Shown here: positions 1 to 12,416 of the stretch, in pieces
Numbering within the stretch: position 1 is the stretch's first letter
Layout: each line of letters starts with the position of its first letter
Origin: Octopus sinensis
Lineage: Eukaryota
Direction: 5' to 3'
DNA: 64,000 nt
Assembly: GCF_006345805.1 (NCBI RefSeq)
Contig: NC_043003.1
Coordinates: forward strand, 47,616,001 to 47,680,000
Made by a program: the position numbers and the translations under genes
Notes under the pieces: generated by a model
Seen by the model: only the letters and a program-made list of their open reading frames with translations
Told to the model about the DNA's origin: nothing
Database searches by the model: none

Positions 1-63
1 TTTGAACTGAGGAAGGAGGTAGCAGGAATGAAACTAAGGATTGTTCAAGACAATTCAAGTCCA

Positions 64-109
<46 letters not shown>

Positions 110-280
110 TCTATATAATTTAATAATAAAAAATTTAGAAATGATAACAATCACTTTATTTGATTCCATTCTTGAACCTTCAGTTTAGTGTTACCAAGGA
201 GTTGATAGCCACTAAGTTACTTAAGAGTGTCTCAAGGTCTTTTGTATTCTGCTTGCCTTTTGCAGTACAATGCCTCTGCT

Positions 281-340
<60 letters not shown>

Positions 341-551
341 TGTGTAAAGGTGAGATCCAAGGATCCAAGTGTAGGAAGTTAGTAAGCTTCAAGCAGTCCG
401 TAGAATATATAAAAAAACAACTTTCAGGAACAATAGTGTTTTATTGACATAGAAAGTTGTAAAATTTTCCCATATCAATGTTTGGTAAGCTGAAAGAAGT
501 TATTTTATAGTTCACAGTTAGCTACTGGAGTTGCTGTGTATGCAAATAAAA

Positions 552-739
552 ATCCAAATTTAGAGAATGAAGTAGGTAAAATCCAGGCTACATATGTTTT
601 ACTAGATAGCAGAACCTTGAAAGTAGTAATTATTCAACAAGGGGTACTTTGCTAGCTACTCATCAAGCCAAAGATCTTTGGTTCTGCTAGCTAAGAAAGA
701 TATATAGCCTGGATTTTACCTAACCCTAACCCTAAATTT

Positions 740-743
<4 letters not shown>
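552..743. mobile_element. Fold-back MITE-like element
   Basis: Nested inverted pairs: atccaaatttag/ctaaatttggat, taggtaaaatccaggcta/tagcctggattttaccta and tagcagaacc/ggttctgcta. The right end abuts a (TA)n run. Confidence 0.6.
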
Positions 744-782
<39 letters not shown>

Positions 783-1129
783 AGTACACACTCACACAGA
801 CATAGTGTTTGTGTATGCATGTAAGCCCATTTCTGTGAGGTTCTTACGTCACTATATATGTAAGCCTCAATATATGAGGCTATCCTTACATGCTGAACTT
901 AGAAATTTGTGTATATGTGTGCTGATATTGGACAGGCAGTCAATATTATGCTTACCACCAAAGCTGGTATGTAATATAATGTTAAAATGTGAAAAACCTT
1001 GAAGAAATGGTAGGTAGAGAGAGGTAAGGTCAGTATAAGTCAGTCCTCACTGACTGAATAGCAGCCACTTTAGAAACCATCATTATCACTATCACAGCAA
1101 GTCTCTGCCCATGCCATACAACAACCATC

Positions 1130-2040
1130 ACAAATATGGATTTAGATTGGTAGAATTGTTAGAGTGTCATGAAAAAAAGGATTCTAGTTCTTTATGCTGT
1201 GTTCAAATCCCGCTGAGGTCACCGTTACCTTTCATCCTTTTGGAGTTGATAAAGTCAATTATTAGTCATTTACTAAAATCAACAGTATCAACTAACTTCC
1301 CTCCCTGCAAAATCGATGGCCTTACATCTAAATTAAAAACCCAAGCTGGAAGAACAGTTAGTGTATCAGACAAAGTATCTATCAGCATTTCTTCTTGCTC
1401 TTTACATTCTAAGTTCAAATGTCACTGAGGTCAACTTTGCTTTTCATTCTTTCAAGGTCAATAAAATAATTCCCATTCAAGCACTGGGGTTGATGTAATC
1501 AACAAGCCCCTACCCCTAAATTTCAGGCCTTGTGCCTATAATAGAAAGCATTATTATTATTATTCCACCAAGGTCAACTTTGCCTTTCATCCTTTCAGGG
1601 TTGATGAAATAAGGCGGCGAGCTGACTGAAATGTTAACACACCGGGCAAAATGCTTAGCGGTATTTTGTCTGCCGCTACGTTCTGAGTTCTAATTCTGTT
1701 GAGGTCGACTTTGTCTGTCCTCTCTGTGTTTAGCCCCTTGTGGGTAGTAAAGAAATAGAAATAAGTACCAGTTAAGTACTAGAGATGATGTAATTGACTA
1801 ACCCCCTACACTAAAATTTCCGTTCATTTACCTATACAACAAAGGACAACTACTACTTCTACTCAGAATAGTGCATTGGACTAAATGCCTTGTAGTATTT
1901 AGTGAGAGCCATTTTCATTCTTGAGTTCAAATCTTGCTCAGATCAACGTTTGCCTTTCCAGAGTCAAGTTCTAGAGCCAGTATAATCAATTGTTTCCCTC
2001 CTCATCCTCCTCCCAATTTCTGGGCTTATGTTAGAAACAG
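1130..2040 (+). mobile_element. Cluster of tRNA-derived SINEs (family A), including a younger copy (about 1613-1757) nested in an older one
   Basis: Repeated core ttctgagttcaaat...gaggtcaactttgcctttcatcctttc...aagtacc. The nested copy is flanked by a GAAATAAG duplication at 1606-1613 and 1758-1765. Confidence 0.8.
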
Positions 2041-2857
2041 TTATTATTATTATCATCATCATCATCATCATTTATATGCTAGCAGTGAATTGGCTGAAAT
2101 TGTCAGATGTTAGGTGAAAATGTTTTAATAGTTTTATTGAGTTTTAAGTTCAGATTCACCAGTACCAGTCCAAGAAGTACCAGTAATGTACTCAGGTTGA
2201 TTCTATTGACTAAACTGTTCTCTTACAGTGACATCATTGACACTTTCTCCATCTCTCCTCCCCTATCAACGATCCAGTTATGCATATACACACGTTCATT
2301 TACCCATTCACACACAAACACTCAAATGTTTACATAGATCAGAGCACATTCACATAAACTCAGTCTATCTTGTTTTACCCAACTTAACATCTTCCACTTC
2401 TTCAGCCCATCTCACACATACACATAAACACAATTGCTACCACCACAGTTGGCAATTGCATCAATGTGCATTAGTATCTATGCTGTATGTGTGGGAGGAA
2501 GGGAGGGAAATAGATAGATATAAGATAAAACATATGGGATTTGAAGCAGTAGAGATGTGTGTGTGAGAGAGAGAGAGAGCAGGTATGATTGCAGAAGAGA
2601 CAGAGAGTAATAGTGTGTGTATGTATGTTTAATTGAAGGTGATATTGTATGTACATATCTGAATGACTCAGTGTTTAAAAGAGTATAAGCATAATTAAGC
2701 AAAAAAGGGTATATGTTGGCGATTGATTGTGGAAGAGAAAGCCTGATACATACACACACACACATGCAAAGAGAGAGAGAGAGAGAGAACAAAACTTATG
2801 GAAATCTCTATGACCACTAAATTGGGGGTGAGGTGGGGGGAATCCTTTTGTTATTAT

Positions 2858-3130
2858 GGTTTGACCTGACTTTTATCCTCTCTTAACTTCTGCAGCTTTG
2901 GTTGAATTTTTTTCCAGATTAGGTTTTAACTTCTGCTGCAATTTTTGGTTGCTCTTCTGTAGGCTAAGGTTTGACCTTCTACAGGCTGAGGTGTGATCTC
3001 TTGAAGGCTATGGCTTGAACTTCTGCTGGCTGATGTTTGACCCTCTGCAGACTGACTTTCTCCAAGCTGAGGTTTGACTTTCTACAGGCTTAAGTTTGGC
3101 CTTCGATCAGCTAAAGTTTGACCTTCTATT
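2858..3130. repeat. Degenerate 22-bp minisatellite (consensus about AGGCTGAGGTTTGACCTTCTAC)
   Basis: Successive 22-nt units from 2961 (aggctaaggtttgaccttctac, aggctgaggtgtgatctcttga, aggctatggcttgaacttctgc, ...), about 8 clear units plus decayed ones upstream. Confidence 0.8.
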
Positions 3131-6100
3131 ATTTCAATTGACAATTTTACCCACTTTAATGTATGTAAAGAGGCAAAAATGGCTGAGGAGGTAAACTACC
3201 AGGTTACCACCTCCTGGATTGCAAGTTCATAACCACTGCAGGCATTTATTCCAATGTATCTATGTGTTGGATGCTTTAGTCTGCTTAGCTATGAAAGAAT
3301 GTATTATCAGACTTTTGGGAGAAATTACCTGCAATAGACGAGCATTCTATCCATAAGAAGATTTATGTCTCATTTGCTTAATGCTCCGGAAATCGGACCC
3401 AACCCTTCCCCAGCTCAGCTCTAAAGACTCTTGTGATTTTTTTGAAAGAGGTCAACTTTCAACTATAAAACAATGTGTGTAGACTTTCGGCTTAGTCCTG
3501 GCTATGCTTTAGCTCTATTTTTCTGTGCTTCTGTGTTTTTTGTTTGTTTGTTTTCAGTTTGTTCTGAGTTTTGTATATTTTTCTATATGTTTGAGTTCTT
3601 AAAAATTAACCACATCAAAGCCACAGCAACAATGATACTATATCTGTCTCATTTACAACCCTAAATTTTTTTTTTTTTTTTCCTTTTTAATATTTATTTG
3701 ATGGTCAAAGGACACTAGCTATATCTTTACCTTGCTCGCTTGACAGTGGTGTTGCTGATGGTGATGGACAACATGGCTTGTAATAACTGGGCAAGAAGGA
3801 AATGCCAGAACCCATTGTCGTATTGAACCCTTCCCCCAGACTGCTATTATTTAATCTGAGAAGTTGGTTGAGATCAATGCAGTATGAGAAAGGAGGGACA
3901 GTACCCACAAATTTCATTACATTCTACTAAATGGCTTGATGAGGTTTAGCATGGTCATTTACACTAGAATGAATATGTAGAGCCCATCTTGGCTTTCTCT
4001 CAGACTCTCTACCCAGTCAAAGAAGCAGTGGCATGGCTAAGGTTAGAGCAATAAATCAGTTTGGAAAGGAAAGAGCAGTGTCCATAGCCTTGTCAGGCCT
4101 GTCTTCACTTGAGTGGATTTGCGTGTCTTGATGGGGGATGGCTAGAGGAAGGGTTACAATGAAATTGGACCCATGGGCTTACTCATACATTCCTTGATAT
4201 GATTAGGGTGTCCGGATAAGAGTGGAGGAAAAAATTGCTACTGTCCCTTAACTCCACTATAAACCACTTCCATCTTGAATACACTGGACAATGTAACTGA
4301 TGATATACAAATATAGATGGAATGGAATGGTTAAGACTGGAACACCTTTGATCAAGGATAGCAGGGAGCTCAACAACAACAACAACCACCACTACAAAAC
4401 TATCACCAACCTACCAGTACCATAACTACCACCACCACCACCACCACCACCTTACAGTTTGCATATTTAGTCTTCTCCAGAAACCAGTTTGTTTTTTAGC
4501 TGGGTGTTCCTGTTTTGTTTTGTTTTGTTTTGTTTTTGTTTTTTTCATTTTTTTTTTTACTCAGTTTGTATACACATTGTATACTTGTTTGTTTTGATAT
4601 ATTGTTAACATGGCCATCAACATGTGTAATGGGATGTAAAATGAGAGAAGACCCTTTAATGATAACAATAAAAAGCAAGCAAGCAAGAAAGAAAGGAACC
4701 ATATTGTATAAACATGAGATAGGATTTTTATTCTTAACCTATTCCTGTCCTCCCCTCACCTCTTTCAGTTCACCCTTCTCTGCCCTGTTACCTCTTCCTG
4801 TCTCCATTTCCCAATAAATAAATAAATAAAGGAATGAACAAAATGAAATGAAAACAATCATGTTGTTAATGATGATAAAACTGAAAGTATGATGTACATG
4901 GAAAATAAATTACACACACACACACATACATACACATGCATATATATATATATATATATAAATATATATATATATATTACTGCACTGGTTTAAAGAAAAT
5001 AAACATGAAATTATGTTGATGAAATGAATAAATAAATAACAATAAGGATGAATATTTAAAAAAAAAAGTAATCCAAACTCATTATTTATGACTTGTCTTT
5101 TTAATTGTCTTGCTATTTTATTATTTTATTGTTTAATCTCTTTCTCTTGTTGGTTGCTTTGAGAAAAGAATGTGGTCAAAAGGTTGGACAATCCTGGGCT
5201 CACTCACATTCATGGTTCCTGAACTGTACTGCATATTGTGTCCTTGGTCAAGATGTTTAATTTCATGTTAGATGTCCCATGATTATTAGCCTAAATCTTA
5301 CAAATGTAAAATGTCAACAACTCTTGGTGGCTACAGTACACTAGATGATGATGATGATGATGAAGAAGAAGGCTTATGAGCTAAAGCATTTCAGCAATGA
5401 CTATTCCATACTTTTATTTTTTGCTTGTATATCTAGGAATACATCTATTGTGTGTCTTTTTCCTTGATCCATGTTTGTTTGTTTATGTATGTTAAGGTAG
5501 CTTATGACCTGCCCTTGCATCAAACTAACTGAGGTCTATGATGATGCATTTCAGTTATGACCTAAGCTGACTGAGTTCTGTGATCTCTATATGTTTCACT
5601 TTTAATTTTTCCTTCTTTAGATCAATATCTCTGTCAATGCTGTATTTCACCAATATCTTGCCTGCAAATTAGACGTATCACTTACTCTTTGATATATTAA
5701 AAGAAAATCTATTAATTGTTAATGCCTCATTCAAAATCAAGGCTGGTCTCCATATTGTATAATATATGGCCAGGAAGGAATTCTGTTTAATACATGATGC
5801 TGAAAGAATTTGGTCAATTGATAGACTTAACAATTCACATCTTATCAGCAAAAGTACACATTTCTCATAGCCATGCCATTTTGACCTATGATTGTACAGT
5901 TTACTTTACTTTCAAAAAGTACCATGGGGAAATTTGTGTTATCATTGTTTAACCACAGGTTAGTCCCGATTGAGCAGACATGATCAGAGGTATCCCATTC
6001 TGACAGTGAACAACTAATCTTTTTAGGAATATCTATGACTACATAATCTAATGCTGTTTTGCTTTTTTCAAAGCAGTAGGGCACTGAGGGAGATTTGGCT

Positions 6101-7494
6101 GCTATTTTTAGCAGTGTAAATGATTAAAATGGCAGATAAAAAGTAAAACTCTGATCTGATGGTAAAAGATAATTGTGATTAAGATATCAGGTTATATCAA
6201 GTAGATAGGATATCTAATGGAAGTGGTCAAAGTGGGAGTGACGTCCAACACAGAAGGTAAGGTGTGCCAGAATGTACAGGTGTGACAAAATTGGAGGAAG
6301 ATCTGAGGTTAAAGTCCAGGGTAAATGAAGATCTAAGTAAACAATTAATGGTCTGCATTACTAACTAGTGAATTGTTAGGCCTTCAACTACTGAAGGAGT
6401 TGTAGGGACACCATTGTGACATTTAGATGTCTTTGCTTTTTAAACCTAGTGAATCCTATCCCTCTCCAGGTGTAGATGTAGTCAGTTTATTCAAGAGAGA
6501 GAGAAAAAAGTCATAGAAGAAGAAGAATCAACTCCAGTAATGGACTGGTAATTATCAATCCCTAGACGAAAGGCAAAGGTGACTGCCATGGCATTTGAAC
6601 TCAGAGTGCAGCTACAACTAATACCCAACACTTTAATGACTTTGTCAACTCACCACCAATTAGTGAGTATAATCAGTTTAAAAGTAAAAAATAATAGGAA
6701 GGGCATCCAGGTGTAGAAACCAAACTAAACTATGGAGCCTACTGTGGAACCTGCACCGGGCCTTACCAGCTCCTGTCAAATTGTCCAACCCATGCTAGCA
6801 TGGAAAACAAACATCAAATGATAATGAAGAAATTAGTTTGCCATGAGGAAGAAGAGACATTCAGCATTTCAGATGGTATCCTTCATTTGAGATGTTTTCT
6901 AATGAAACTAAATAAATAGAGAAAAAGGGAGAAAGAAAATAGTAAAAACAAAAGCAGTCAGAGAGTGCAAACCTCTGCCAATGCAACACCAATGTCGTCT
7001 CAACGATTAACTGGAGATGATTTTTAAAGTGAGAATTTCTGAAATAAAATCCTTCAATGAATATCATGAGACATTGTGGTTTTCTCTTCTGTTAAATTCC
7101 GGTCTTCCTTTAGTAATTCTGATGTTTTAGATTGATGTATAGAATTATGTATATATGTAAGTATACTGTAAAGTGTTAAAATGTATGTATAATCTCCTAA
7201 TATAATAATGAGCATTGTCTTTTTATATATCTGTTTGTGTGTGTGTATATATATATATATATAATAGAGCCAGAGTGTGAGGTGAAGGTAGAGGAGATAA
7301 ATGGCAAAGAGAGCATCATAGGAATGAGAAAGGAAGGAGTGAAAAAGCCAATAAACTGCACTTGAAGTGTGTGTATGTGTAGGTGTGTTAAAAAGAGGTA
7401 TGTTTGCATGCATGTGTGTGTACAATGGTAATGTTCAACACTGAAAATGTGTGTACAAGAGAACTAAGTGAAACTTTACATATACATGTAAAGT

Positions 7495-7700
7495 AAGAAA
7501 AATCAGGAAAATAATCCAGAATCCTTGTTGGTACTGGCTCGATCCCAAAATCTAATGAGACTGTGCCAGTTATGAGGCCAAACGTCCCTGAAAGTTTCAT
7601 TCAAAGCCATCCAGCAGTTCTTGAGATATTTTGTCCATAGACAAACAAGCAAACACAACTGAAAACAATACTTCCGCTTTCGCTAAAGCAGAGGTAATAA
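7495..7700 (-). mobile_element. DINE-1/HINE-like (Helentron-associated) non-autonomous element
   Basis: Terminal palindrome tacttccgcttt-cgct-aaagcagaggta next to a gacaaacaagcaaac microsatellite-like block. A related copy in the opposite orientation starts at about 25074 (ttattaccttgcatgcgtaagcgaaagcagggta). Confidence 0.5.
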
Positions 7701-8029
7701 AGGTCAGGAAAGTTGAGTCATGTCTAAGACTTAAAAGTGTAACACAGCATCAGAACTTAACCATTTACACTATATTCACTAATTGAACACCTTGACCACT
7801 CAACTAGTACCGACATAGTTATAAGTAAACACTGATTTTCTTACATATGAATGACACTGCAAATCTGTATCAGGAGGAAACAAGAGGTTATCTTGACTAT
7901 CTTTTTGAAAGACTTTAAAGCCATTGGTGATGTTGAACCCCTATCTATATATCAAAACCAAATCAGAGCACAATATGTTGGAATCTTAGCTCTAGAAATG
8001 CAAGAGAGGAAATAGTGAAATAGTTTTAA

Positions 8030-8410
8030 AGGCACAGGTGTGGCTGTGTGATTAAAAAGCTTGCATCCCAACCATGTGGTCATGGGTTCAGTCCCACTGC
8101 ATGGCATCTTGGGTAAGTGTCTTCTGCTATAGCGCCAGTCTGATCACAGCCTTATGAGTGGATTTGGTGGACGGAAACTGAAAGAACCTGTCATATATGT
8201 GTATGAGTGTGTGTATATTCTTGTCTAGACATTATGCAATGGTTGTAAATGAGCCTTAATTTCCTGCAAATGAGATTGTTTGTTTCAACTATTCCATGAA
8301 AAACATGTCTAGCTTTGGAAAAATATTACTTTGCTTGAAAACAGGTAATGGTGACATGAACAGCATCTGCCCTCAACAAATTATGTCTAACCCATAAAAG
8401 TAGATTTTAA
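8030..8410 (+). mobile_element. tRNA-derived SINE family B copy
   Basis: Head ggcacaggtgtggctgtgtg (A-box-like), then gggttcagtccc (B-box-like) and cttgggtaagtgtcttct core. The same family occurs at about 12868, 15223, 20360, 33636, 41076(-), 47932 and 52669. Confidence 0.75.
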
Positions 8411-9599
8411 ATAATGATAAGGAAAAGGGTGATAATAGAATATAGCTGGGTATATTAGTAGGATAAAACAAGAACTAATAAAATAGAGTGAGAATTAATG
8501 AGATAGAATGATTACCAGCAAGATAGAACAAAAGACCCAGTGAAACGGAAAGAGAACTCGTGAAATTCATTTTTTTTAGTTTCCCCTGAAGTGATATATA
8601 TAACAGTAGATTTTGCATTGTTAGCTTTTCTTTAGCAGAGTAAGCTACACAACTTGTTTATTTGAAATCTTCCCGGAATGTCCAATGCCAGTTGTTTTTC
8701 AGGCCAGTCCATTTCTCATTTTTGTCCTGATGCCTACTTGACTGTTACTTTATTTATCAACTCTAGGGAAAATGAAAACCTAAGCTGATGTTGGTGTGAT
8801 TTGAATTCAGCATACAAAAAGCTAGAACAGTAACTACAAGGCATTTGTCTGACATCTCTAATGATTCTGACAATCAGCCACCTTTCAAACAATAGTAGTA
8901 ACTAAAAATATGGATTTCTTATATTTTAACTGATTTATTAACACTGCAAGCCAAACCAGGAGTCAAGGATACACTTATCCATTTAATAGTTCTGGAGAGA
9001 ACATAGATCAATTACATTCAGGACAACTAGACAAGAGGTCAGAAGTTCATGTTTTGCAGTCGACAGTGCATGTCTTTGTAGCCAAGACCTATGTAAGAAT
9101 AAGGTACAGTTTACCTAACTGTAAGTAGGTACCACAGTGAGGTACAATCCACTAACTTTATGTATCATAATAACCTACAGGTAAGTATAATCCATTTAGC
9201 TGTGAAATTTAATGAACCTAGCTGTAAGCATCTCAAGACTTAGCTCTGTGTAGTATCAGAGTTATATCTCTCTCTTCTTCAGTAGCCAGTCTTCCAACTG
9301 TTAATCTACTGACCGACTGCATCATCTCTAATCATTTTCTTTACTATCACTGACATCCATGAACCCCGGCCCATTATTGTAAACAACACATACTTCAACC
9401 TGATTTTCAAACATACATCATACTTACCCATGAGATCCAGTTTATCTAGTCTAATAATCATTACTGATATGGACCAACTGGAATGCTAAAGTTTCAAAAC
9501 TTGTCACTTCTGTGTCTTTATCAGATAACTAGATGACATATTTATCCTGCTGACAAAGAGCAGGCTACAAAGAAAAGTATATTTGATAACAAGATAATA

Positions 9600-10290
9600 A
9601 ACATTAACGTTTTATCAACAAGTGAGTTGCACTTAATAGAGATGTCCCAGTGACATTGTTCACAAAAGTTTTACTTCATTTGGAGCCAATGGTCAGCTAC
9701 CAGTTGATGTTGGGAGAGGAAATATCAAAAATGAAAACGGTTGTAGAACAGTCATGAATGCAACTTTTTTAATGCCATTGGAAGTTTATCATAGCCTCCC
9801 AAAGAATTATAGAAATCATGAGTAACTTTCTGAATATACTATCCTAGCTCCCAAAAATTGTATTATGTAGGATATTAATATTACCACCATTTAATATCCC
9901 AGTCCTGAAGGTGATGTTAATGACACTACCAACTATCCAAAAGAGTTTCAAAGCCACCTCATGATCTGCAACTGAATGTAAGAACACCTATTATGTTACT
10001 ATGAAATTTGGATGCACCAAAATACTGTTATGGGTCAAAAATAATCAAAACTCTTTATGTCTCATGTGATTGAAGCCACTAATTAGGAAGATTGTGCTAA
10101 AGAAGATGTTACCGTTCCATGCATTCCCAACAGATTTGCTATGTCAGTTCAAGTGCCTTCAATTTCCAGTGATGCTGTCTTTTTCATGCTTATTACATGG
10201 TTAGCATGCTCACATATTAGGCTCAGCAGACATCTTATAATCAAAGCTCCAAATTGTAGAAATGCTGTCTATCTCAAATTCTTGCTGAAT
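9600..10290 (+). mobile_element. Helitron RepHel PIF1-type helicase relic (pseudogenised)
   Basis: Broken translations ILAPKN, NYPKEF, PPHDLQLNVRTPIMLL*NLDAPKYCYG (from 9954), HVIEAT and FKCLQFPV match Helitron helicase motifs (PPHxLxLKxGxPIMLLRNL...CNG; RxQFPV). Confidence 0.8.
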
Positions 10291-10332
10291 AAAACATATT
10301 TGGAGTTACTTTTGTTTTATGTTGGATATTAA

Positions 10333-10551
10333 CCCTTCAGCATTAAGATTACTGTCAAATATAATGCTTATTTATTCACATTGTTTTAAGTCAATCATAT
10401 ATTACTTTGTAGCTTCAAGATTTTGATTGATGAAATTGTATATTTTTAGAATGACATTGTAGGGTAGATGTGAGAGGCTAGATCTGTCCAGTTTGAACAT
10501 AAAACAGATAGAATATTTGACCTGGGTATGGCCAATTTGAATGCTAAAGGG
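10333..10551. mobile_element. piggyBac-like MITE (219 bp)
   Basis: TTAA target duplication at 10329-10332 and 10552-10555; TIRs CCCTTCAGCATT / AATGCTAAAGGG. Confidence 0.85.
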
Positions 10552-10662
10552 TTAATTTAGAATTTCAATAAAATAAAGTAAAATATAATGATGGTATTTT
10601 ATTAAGTCAAAAAAATGATTAACAAAAGCAGACCAGCACATGGGCAATGCCAAATACCTTTG

Positions 10663-10697
<35 letters not shown>

Positions 10698-10706
10698 TGT
10701 GTGTGT

Positions 10707-11017
10707 GAGAGCACATGGCTCAGTGGTTAGAGCGTCGAGCTTACGATCCCAGACCGGGCTGCATGTTGTGTTCTTGAACAAAACACTTGATTTCACGTTG
10801 CTCCAGTTCACTCAGCTGTAGAAATGAGCTGCGACGTCACTGGTGCCAAACAGTATCGGGTGTTGCTTTTCCCTTGGATAACACTGGTGGCATGGAGAGG
10901 GGAGGCCGGTATGCATGGGCAACTGCTGGTCTTCCATAAACAACCTTGCCTGGACTTGTGCCTGGGAGGGTAACTTTCTAGGTGCAATCCCATGGTCAGT
11001 CATGACCGAAGGGGGTC
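10707..11017 (+). mobile_element. tRNA-derived SINE family C
   Basis: A box TGGCTCAGTGG and central ccagttcactcagctgtagaaatgag domain; its 3' ~195 bp is shared with the adjacent inverted copy. Confidence 0.8.
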
Positions 11018-11047
11018 CCAATAGAATATATGCATATATATTTTGTA

Positions 11048-11538
11048 ACCCCCTTCGTTCATGAATGACCATGGAATTGCACCTAGAATGTTACTCTCCG
11101 AGGCACAAGTCTGGGCAATGTTGTTTATGGAAGACCAGCAGTTGCCCACGCATACCAGCTTCCCCTCTCCATGCCACCGGTGTTATCCAAGGGAAAGGCA
11201 AAGGCTGATACAGCTTGGCACCAGTGACGTCGCAGCTCATTTATTAACGTGCAAGTGGCTGAGCACTCCACAGACCCGTGTACCCTTAACATAGTTCTCA
11301 GGGAGATTCAGCATGACACAGAGTGTGACAAGGCTGGCCCTTTGAAATACAGGTAGAACAGAAACAGGAAGAAAGAGTAAGAGAAAGTTGTGGTGAAAAA
11401 GTACAGTAAAGTTCACCACTACCCCCTGCCGGAGCCTCGTGGAGCTTTAGGTGTTTTCGCTCAATATGCCCGGTCTGAGAATTGAAACCACAATCCTACG
11501 ATCATGAGTCTGCTGCCCTAACCACTGGGCCATTGCGC

Positions 11539-11540
<2 letters not shown>
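11048..11540 (-). mobile_element. tRNA-derived SINE (family C-related, different central domain)
   Basis: Minus-strand head aggcgcaatggcccagtggttagggcagcagactc...gtttcaattc; 3' tail homologous to 10822-11016. Confidence 0.8.
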
Positions 11541-11569
<29 letters not shown>

Positions 11570-11666
11570 AATATATATATATATATAATAAATATTAGGG
11601 AATAAATCCAAATTTACAGGGAAAATAATCAGATTTAGGATTAAATCCAATTTTATAGTAAAATAT

Positions 11667-11810
11667 TATATAATATTATTAGAGACAAAACCACTATTTT
11701 GCAAAACAAACAAGGAAAGACTTAATCAATACATAAAATTTTATGTATTGATTAAGTCTTTCCTTGTTTGTTTTGCAAAATAGTGGTTTTGTCTCTAATA
11801 ATATTATATA
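11667..11810. repeat. Perfect spacerless palindrome, 2 x 72 bp
   Basis: Centre ...catAAAA|TTTTatg... between 11738 and 11739; the arms read as exact reverse complements out to 11667 and 11810. Confidence 0.95.
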
Positions 11811-12197
11811 TATATATATATTAAAATGAGGTAGTTTTGGTGAAGCATTGGCTAAAAAAGTGTATATATATTATTCGATTTTTTTATGTCTGTTTTTCCA
11901 TGTTAGCATGAGAGTAACATATATTATTATTGAGGCATCGTTTTACACCCAGATTCACTTGTCACTAATGTTTATCTGTTTTCAGGTAAGGAATCTCTTA
12001 CTCAATACATCTTCAAAGTTGCAAAGCCAGTGGATGATCTGTTGACAGTAGAAATTACAACAGTGTCACTGTTTGTAGCTCAGAAATTTTCAAAGTGTAA
12101 ACGTAAATAAACACACAGTTACACACACACTCATGTGTGTGTGTGTGAGCGTGCATGTATGTATGTATGTACATATATACATATGTATGTATGTATA

Positions 12198-12416
12198 CAA
12201 AGTGGGTGTGTGAAAAGTTCCTGGCTTTGGGTATAAGAAAATACAGGAGGGTCAATTAATCATGATTTTGTTCAATATATTCCCCTCTCAGATTCACGCA
12301 CTTATTGCAGTGGTCCTTCAGTTTTTGTAAGCCTAGTAAAAGAACTTGGAACGTTGGGCCTCCAACCAAACCTTTCATGATACACTTAAAGCCAAGAACT
12401 TTTCAGCACCCCTTTG
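12198..12416. mobile_element. Mariner-like MITE (partial copies at about 13050-13210 and 50128-50280)
   Basis: TIRs gggtgtgtgaaaagttcctggctt / aagccaagaacttttcagcaccc in a TA-rich context. Confidence 0.75.

Noticed and set aside
721-735. Telomere-like TAACCCTAACCCTAA
   Set aside because: Only about 2.5 units, inside a MITE-like fold-back; not a telomere.
4456-4509. Possible 54-nt minus-strand exon (EHPAKKQTGFWRRLNMQT) with AG and GTAAG borders
   Set aside because: The acceptor has an A-rich rather than pyrimidine-rich tract, and I found no partner exons or recognisable domain.
10707-10760. tRNA gene candidates (also 11470-11540, 34760-34825, 39328-39386, 40241-40330)
   Set aside because: These are SINE or retroelement heads with A/B-box similarity but no complete cloverleaf.
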